Below, piece by piece: positions 46,344 through 52,279 of a DNA stretch of 52,279 nt. The notes beneath the pieces were generated by a model, which was not told the DNA's origin, did no database searches, and saw only the letters and a list, made by a program, of their open reading frames with translations. Position numbers and translations under genes: made by a program. The DNA lies in assembly GCA_965140785.1 (NCBI GenBank), contig OZ223483.1:1-52279 (forward strand), in the 5' to 3' direction. Position 1 is the stretch's first letter, and each line of letters starts with the position of its first letter. This DNA comes from an uncultured Ruficoccus sp. (lineage in GTDB: Bacteria; Verrucomicrobiota; Verrucomicrobiia; Opitutales; Cerasicoccaceae).

Positions 46344-48914
46344 ATGACCGCCGCCCGCAAGAAACGCAAATACGCCCACTTCAAGGCCACGACCAGCAAG
46401 CGCGATGAGCTCACCCATCCCGCCTCTGGCGAGGCCTCGCCCTACGCGCCGGTACTGGAGGTGATCGAGTCGCTCAGTCCTTCCGAGCTGCACGAGCATC
46501 AGGAGCGGCTGGAGCGCTCGGCCCGCGACGTGGGCATCCACTTCGGCGTCATCGAGGAGGGTAAGCCCCGCGAAGCCGACTGGCGACTCGATGTGCTTCC
46601 GCGCATCATCCCCCGCGACCAGTGGGAGCTGCTGCGCGAGGGCATCCTCCAGCGTGCCAACGCCTTCAACGCCTTTATCCGGGACATGCACACCGGACAG
46701 GACATCCTGCGCCAGCGAGTGCTCCCACACGGTATCGCGCTGGGCGACCCGGCTTTTCAGCGACCGTTGACCACCATTGATGTGCCCGAGGGGCAGTACT
46801 GCCAGATCGGGGCCTTCGACCTGGTGCGCGGCGAGGATGGAGTGTGGCGGGTGTTGGAGAACCACATGGCGACGGCCTTCGGCCTGTCCTTCGTCATGCA
46901 GAACCGCCGCATGCTGGCCCAGGCCTTTCCGGAGCTGTTCCAGTCGATGGACATCAGCCCGGTGGCGCCGTTCATCACGCAGTTTTCCGAAAACCTCCGG
47001 GCCGCTTCCGGCCAGTCCAATCCGCATATCGTCCTGCTCACCCGGGGCGAGACCAACCAGGCCTACTTCGACGAGAGCTTCCTGGCCCGCCAGCTCGGGA
47101 TCGCCATGGTGCGCCCGGCGGACCTGCTCATTCGCGAGGGCAAGGTCTTCCTGAAGACCATCCGGGGGCTGGAGCAGGTGGACGTGATTTACCGGCGGCT
47201 GGCCAGCGCGGCGATCGACCCGATCGCCTTCGCCGAGAGCGGCCTGCCGGGCATCCCGGGCATCGTCAACTGCGTGCGCAACGGCACCGTGCGCTTTGTC
47301 AACGCCCTGGGCTGCGGCGTGGCCGACAACCGCGCCCTGCTGCGCTACTCGCGGCAGTTGATCGGCTTTTATCTCAAAGAGCACGCCATCCTCGACTCCG
47401 TCCCGACCTTCAACTGCGGCGACCTGGACCAGTTCGACTATATCCTCTCGCACAAGGACGAGATGGTCCTCAAGCCCATCCAGGACTCTTACACACTTTA
47501 CCGTTACTTTGGGGGCAAACAGTTGAGCGAAAAGCGCAGCCAGCTCCTGCGCCTGGCCCGCAAATGGCCGCACCTCTTCGTCGCCCAGCCCTACCTGCAC
47601 CCCTCGCAGCTCCCCTGCTACGGGGACGAGGGCTTCCAGTCGCGTAGCGTTTACCTGCGGGTGTTCTTTCAACTGGGCGCAAAGCCGTCCGTCCTGCCCG
47701 GCGGGCTGACTCGCCAGAGCTGGGGCCGCCGCCGGGACAACCCGCTCACCATCATGTCCGAGGGCATGAAAGACACCTGGGTCCCGGCCCAGCCCTTCGA
47801 GTACGCAACCACCCCCGGCACCGTCACCCTCAACCCCGACGAGTACTCCATCAGCTCCCGCCTGGCCGAGGGGCTTTACTGGACCGGACGCTACCTGGAG
47901 CGCATGCAGAACACCGCCCGGCAGCTCAACATCCTGGAAACCCTGCGTTGGGACCAGCTCGGCCGCGCCGCCCAGCGCAGCTACTGGCCGCTGTGGAAGG
48001 CCGTCGCCGCCGCCAACGGGAAAAGCCAGTGGTCCCGGCGTAAGAGCCCCCCGCGCGACACCCTGACCATGACCCGCGCCCTTGTGCTGCGGGCCGACGA
48101 GCCTTCGTCCATCCTCTCCAGCGCCACCGCCGCCTACCTGGGAGCGCAGCACATCCGCGACTCCATCAGCCCGGAGGTCTGGCAGGTGCTGAGCGAATTT
48201 TACTGGTTCCTGCAGGAAGCCGCCAGCAAGCCCAAGGCCTCCCGCACCCGCCTGCGCGAAATCTGCCAGCGCATCGTGGACGATGCCGCCCGCCTGGCCG
48301 GGACGGCCGACCGCACCATGCTCCACGACGACTCCTGGCAGTTCTTCCGCATCGGCTCCTTCGTCGAGCGGGCCCAGGGCACGGCCACCGTTCTGCGCGA
48401 GGTGCTGGCCTGGGTCAGAGCCAACCGTGAAGAGGGCAACTCCGACGAGGCCGACCTGACCTCCCTCCTGCGCCTGCTGACCTCGCTCGACGCCTACCGG
48501 CGCGAGTTCCGCTCGCGCGCCTACCTGGAGCGCGTGGTCAACCTGCTCCTGCAAAACACCTGCAACCCCAGTTCCGTCAGCCATTGCCTGCGCCAACTGC
48601 GCTACTCCATCGGCACCCTGAGCATCACCGACCGCAACAACGCGCCCACCACGCTGGACGAGTCGGTCGATAAAATCATCAGCCGGGTTGAGAGCCTGCC
48701 GCTGCACCGGCTCATGCCCTCCTCGGTCCAGGAGCTCGATCACGGCGAGACCGAGACCGCGACCCCGCACCCGGAAATGAAATTTATTCTAGAATCGCTC
48801 ACACGGGAACTGGAAATGCTTCACGAGCAGTTCGAAGACACTTTTTTCAGCCACCAGACCGAATTCTATCCCGACCGGCAGCTGCCGCTCAGTTGGCCCT
48901 CCGACGACGAATGA
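46344..48914 (+). CDS. Circularly permuted type 2 ATP-grasp protein fused to an alpha-E domain
   Basis: WRLDVLPRII, WRVLEN, VDVIYRR, VNALGCG, VLPGGLTR, KDTWV; alpha-E part SRLAEGLYWTGRYLER and F.RIGSFVERA. Confidence 0.9.
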   Translation: MTAARKKRKYAHFKATTSKRDELTHPASGEASPYAPVLEVIESLSPSELHEHQERLERSARDVGIHFGVIEEGKPREADWRLDVLPRIIPRDQWELLREGILQRANAFNAFIRDMHTGQDILRQRVLPHGIALGDPAFQRPLTTIDVPEGQYCQIGAFDLVRGEDGVWRVLENHMATAFGLSFVMQNRRMLAQAFPELFQSMDISPVAPFITQFSENLRAASGQSNPHIVLLTRGETNQAYFDESFLARQLGIAMVRPADLLIREGKVFLKTIRGLEQVDVIYRRLASAAIDPIAFAESGLPGIPGIVNCVRNGTVRFVNALGCGVADNRALLRYSRQLIGFYLKEHAILDSVPTFNCGDLDQFDYILSHKDEMVLKPIQDSYTLYRYFGGKQLSEKRSQLLRLARKWPHLFVAQPYLHPSQLPCYGDEGFQSRSVYLRVFFQLGAKPSVLPGGLTRQSWGRRRDNPLTIMSEGMKDTWVPAQPFEYATTPGTVTLNPDEYSISSRLAEGLYWTGRYLERMQNTARQLNILETLRWDQLGRAAQRSYWPLWKAVAAANGKSQWSRRKSPPRDTLTMTRALVLRADEPSSILSSATAAYLGAQHIRDSISPEVWQVLSEFYWFLQEAASKPKASRTRLREICQRIVDDAARLAGTADRTMLHDDSWQFFRIGSFVERAQGTATVLREVLAWVRANREEGNSDEADLTSLLRLLTSLDAYRREFRSRAYLERVVNLLLQNTCNPSSVSHCLRQLRYSIGTLSITDRNNAPTTLDESVDKIISRVESLPLHRLMPSSVQELDHGETETATPHPEMKFILESLTRELEMLHEQFEDTFFSHQTEFYPDRQLPLSWPSDDE

Positions 48915-49807
48915 GATTCAAGGTTACCCATACCACCCGCTACAAGTATAAGACCCCGGCTTCGGAGTCTTACGCCGAGTTGCGCGTATGGCCCCAAAAC
49001 GGCCCGACCCAGAAAATCCTCAGCCACAAGCTGGAGATCACGCCCGCCGTCCCGGTCGATCACTACACGGACTACTTTGGCAACAAGGTGGAGTACTTCT
49101 CCATCCCGTTCCGGCACAGCGAGCTCTCCGTCAACGCCGTGGGCGAGGTCGAAACCCACGAAAACCCCGACCTCACCCGCGTGCTGGAGACCCGCGTGGG
49201 CGACGCCCGCCAGATCCTTTCCAGCCAGCCGATCGGCATTTTCGACTTCCTTCAGAACACAGAACTGGTGCCCTTTCACCGCCTCCTGGGCGAGGTAGGA
49301 CGCCCGAACTTCCGCGACGCGGAGACCCTCGGCGAGGCCATCCACGGGCTCAACACCTGGATTTACGAAAACTTCGCCTACTCGCCCGGCAGCACGGACA
49401 TTGGCACCCCCCTGCCCACCGTATTGGAAACCCGCCAGGGCGTCTGCCAGGACTTCGCGCACCTCATGCTGGCCATTCTGCGCATGCAGGGCATCCCGGC
49501 CCGCTACGTCAGCGGCTACATTGAGCCTTACGATCCGACCAAGCCCGGTCAGGAGATGACCGGGGCCGCCGCCAGCCACGCCTGGGTCGAGGTCTATCTG
49601 CCCGGCGGATTCTGGTACGGGCTCGACCCGACTAACAACCAGGCTGCCGGGGTCCGGCACGTGCGCGTGGCCGCCGGTCGCGATTACAACGACGTGGCCC
49701 CTATGCGGGGGGCCTACAAGGGCGCCCAGGACCAACGGCTCCAAGTCATCGTCACCCTCAAGCGCCGCCGCGCCGCACATAAAAGGGCAAAGCTATCAAA
49801 TGGCTAA
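48911..49807 (+). CDS. Transglutaminase-family protein
   Basis: HTTRYKY N-domain; GVCQDFAH, ARYVSGY, SHAWVEVY, DPTN, GRDYNDVAP. Confidence 0.92.
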   Translation: MRFKVTHTTRYKYKTPASESYAELRVWPQNGPTQKILSHKLEITPAVPVDHYTDYFGNKVEYFSIPFRHSELSVNAVGEVETHENPDLTRVLETRVGDARQILSSQPIGIFDFLQNTELVPFHRLLGEVGRPNFRDAETLGEAIHGLNTWIYENFAYSPGSTDIGTPLPTVLETRQGVCQDFAHLMLAILRMQGIPARYVSGYIEPYDPTKPGQEMTGAAASHAWVEVYLPGGFWYGLDPTNNQAAGVRHVRVAAGRDYNDVAPMRGAYKGAQDQRLQVIVTLKRRRAAHKRAKLSNG

Positions 49808-49900
49808 TGGTTATGAAAAAACCAGCCCGTGCTCTCCCAGCCAGCACCCCCCTCCCGAACGACTAACCATCCGCCATTAACCATTTAGCCATTTCACCAT
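49798..49900. repeat. Degenerate inverted 7/8-mer arms
   Basis: AAATGGCTAATGGTTA versus TAACCAT CCGCCAT TAACCAT TTAGCCAT TTCACCAT. Confidence 0.55.
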
Positions 49901-49920
49901 CAACTCTTTCCCACTCACCC

Positions 49921-50808
49921 ATGATCCAGGTTGAAATCGACCACACCACCCGCTACCGCTACGACAAGCCGGTCAGCTTCGGTCCGCACCAGTTGTTCCT
50001 CTATCCGCGGGAGAATCAGGTCGTGCGCGCCCAGGATTTTGCGATGGAGGCCTACCCGGCAGCCACCCATCGCTGGGTGCGCGACTGCTTCGAAAACGTC
50101 GTCCTGCGGGCGGATTTCGGTATCCATATTTCTGACCGGCTGGAATTTACCGCAAAAATCCAGGTCCGCCTGCGCGTGGAGAACCCCTTCGACTTCATCC
50201 TCGATTCGCACGCGCTGACCTACCCCATGCGCTACCACTCGCACGAGACCCAGGCCCTTGGGGCCTACCTGCAAGACGGCGTCAGCGCAGGGGCCAACCG
50301 GGTGCTGGACTGGTTCTACCACGCGGTCAAGAATCCCAACCACTCGGACAACATCGTCGCCTTTCTCTCCGAGATCAACACCGCCATCTTCAACGACATC
50401 ACCTACCAGCGCCGGGACGAGATGGGCATCCAGACCCCGGACGAGACGCTGGAGAAGCGCACCGGCTCGTGCCGGGACATGGCCGTGCTGATGATCGCCG
50501 TTTGCCGCCAGATCGGCCTGGCCGCGCGCTTCGTCAGCGGCTACCTCTACGATCCGCCCACCCAGGACGGGGACCACACCTTTAACCGCGCCCACGGTTC
50601 CATGCACGCCTGGGTCGAGATTTACCTGCCCGGAGCCGGGTGGAAGGGCTTCGACCCGACCAACGGCATCTTGACCAATCACTATTTCATCCCCACCGCC
50701 GTCTCCAGCGACCCGGCCTGGGTCAACCCCGTCCAGGGCCGCTATTACCACGACGAGCCGGTGGATTCGCACATGGAATTTGACCTCAAAATTCGGGAGA
50801 TTACATGA
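49921..50808 (+). CDS. Transglutaminase-family protein
   Basis: HTTRYRY; GSCRDMA, ARFVSGYL, HAWVEIYLPGAGWKGFDPTNG. Confidence 0.92.
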   Translation: MIQVEIDHTTRYRYDKPVSFGPHQLFLYPRENQVVRAQDFAMEAYPAATHRWVRDCFENVVLRADFGIHISDRLEFTAKIQVRLRVENPFDFILDSHALTYPMRYHSHETQALGAYLQDGVSAGANRVLDWFYHAVKNPNHSDNIVAFLSEINTAIFNDITYQRRDEMGIQTPDETLEKRTGSCRDMAVLMIAVCRQIGLAARFVSGYLYDPPTQDGDHTFNRAHGSMHAWVEIYLPGAGWKGFDPTNGILTNHYFIPTAVSSDPAWVNPVQGRYYHDEPVDSHMEFDLKIREIT

Positions 50809-51900
50809 AGCCAACACCGGAAAACCTTGCCGCCGCCGTCGAAACATTTTTCGCCGGCCATGACATCCACCTCACGATGGGGGGCGAGCCGACCTTCGTG
50901 CCGCTCCAGCCCGACGCGTCCGAGTGGAACAACGCCGCCATGGGCGAGGAAAAGCTCGGCTACGCCCGGCGCTTCACCGCCAAGCTGCTCAAGCTCGCCT
51001 ACCCCGGCGGCCTCGCCATGCAGGTCTTCGGCAAATGGTATCCCGGCGAGCCGCTGCCGCGCTGGAACCTCCTCACCCTCCACCCGCAGGACGGCCCCGC
51101 CCTGTGGCCCGAGCCGGAGCGCCTCCTGCTCGACGACGTGCCGGGCAAAAACGCTCCCGAGACCGCCCGCAAGCTGATCAAGAATCTCTCCTCGGCCCTC
51201 GGACTGGACGCCTTTACGCTGCCCGCCATCGAGCAGGGTGAGCGCAAGACCGCCGCCTGGGTCCTGCCCCTAGATCACGTTAAGGGCAAGTGGGTCTCCG
51301 ACGAGTGGCCTTTCAACAGCCGCCGGCCGGCCCGGCTCATCCCCGGCGACAGCCCGGCGGGCCTGCGCCTGCCCCTGTCCGAGCTGCCGGAAAAACTCCT
51401 CAAACTCGCCCTCACCGTCGAGGTCCGCCGAGGAGCACTGGAGGTCTTTTTCCCGCCGCTGGCGTGGAAGCCCTTCCGCGAACTGGTGGGGATCATTTTT
51501 TCCCTGGCGCAAAAGCACGACCTGCGCGAGATGGTCTTCTGTGGCTATGGACCCTCGGGCTGCGGCAGCGCGGTGGAGAAGTTTTCCCTCGCCGCCGACC
51601 CCGGCGTGCTGGAGGCCAACCTGCCCCCCTGCCCGGACTGGCGCACCTACCAGCGCTGCCTGGACCAGATGTACTCCACCGCCGAGGCCACCGGCCTGCG
51701 CGCGATCAAGCTCCACCTGAACGGCTCCATCCAGGCCACCGGCGGTGGTTCGCACCTGTGCTTCGGCGGCCCCGATGAGGCGCGCAATCCCTTTCACCAC
51801 CACCCGGCCCTGCTCGCCTCCATCCTGCGCTACTGGCAGCACCACCCGGCGCTGGGGTACTTCTTCACCGGTCAGTACGTCGGCACCGGCTGTCAGGCCC
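50805..51900 (+). CDS. DUF2126 putative amidoligase, truncated at a chimeric junction (absent from the ORF track)
   Basis: ATG overlaps the previous stop; own translation gives [62 protein letters not shown]. Confidence 0.85.
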
Positions 51901-52279
51901 ATCAGCTGATCTCCATCCGCCACAGCGCCGGTTTCATCGAGGATCATCACCCGATCCGCATCGCCATCCAGACAAATGCCGACATCGGCGCCATGTTCCA
52001 CCACAGCTGCGGCGGCTGCGTCCACATGGGTCGAGCCGCAGTTGTCATTGATGTTGCGCCCGTTCGGTTGCGTGCCGATTTCGATCACATCGGCGCCCAG
52101 TTCCCAAAGCACCTCTGGCGCGGTGCGATAGGCGGCCCCATGGGCGCAATCGATCACCACCTTGAGCCCCTGCAGCGACAACCCGCGCGGCAGGGTGCCT
52201 TTGACACGTTCGTTATAGCGAAAACGTCCATCATCAATGCGTTTCGCCCGACCGATGTTTTCCGCCTGCGCGGCTTCAA
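51893..52279 (-). other. glmM: Internal fragment of a second, foreign-looking glmM (alphaproteobacterial style)
   Basis: [15 protein letters not shown]...[23 protein letters not shown]...NCGST...CLDGDADR...DGDQLM, ending abruptly. Confidence 0.85.

Noticed and set aside
51270..52181. 303-aa minus-strand ORF as a real second GlmM
   Set aside because: Only the part above about 51893 is GlmM; the rest is antisense of the DUF2126 gene across the junction

Overview
GC-rich bacterial DNA, probably Verrucomicrobiota/Opitutales-like (inferred from the PEP-CTERM protein and general gene content). Most of the window is housekeeping: glmM, trpD, uppP, murA, purF/purL/purQ, prfA, gltBD and kup. It also holds a PilB/GspE locus with two degenerate NtrC-like regulators and a stand-alone MshEN-like protein, and a CP-ATP-grasp/alpha-E/transglutaminase/DUF2126 operon. 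The most unusual feature is an AT-rich island (about 34905-36959) of three unrelated genes (two lipoproteins and a HEPN protein). The genes are separated by a conserved ~80-bp imperfect hairpin and the island is bounded by inverted copies of the hairpin arm, so it looks like an integron-style cassette array with non-attC sites; no recombinase is visible in the window. A dispersed three-hairpin repeat with compensatory base changes occurs at least five times, and two copies bracket an HNH nuclease gene in inverted orientation. Several single-base frameshifts and an abrupt switch to a foreign glmM fragment at about 51900 point to assembly errors and a chimeric end. All calls were made by eye; no database searches were run.
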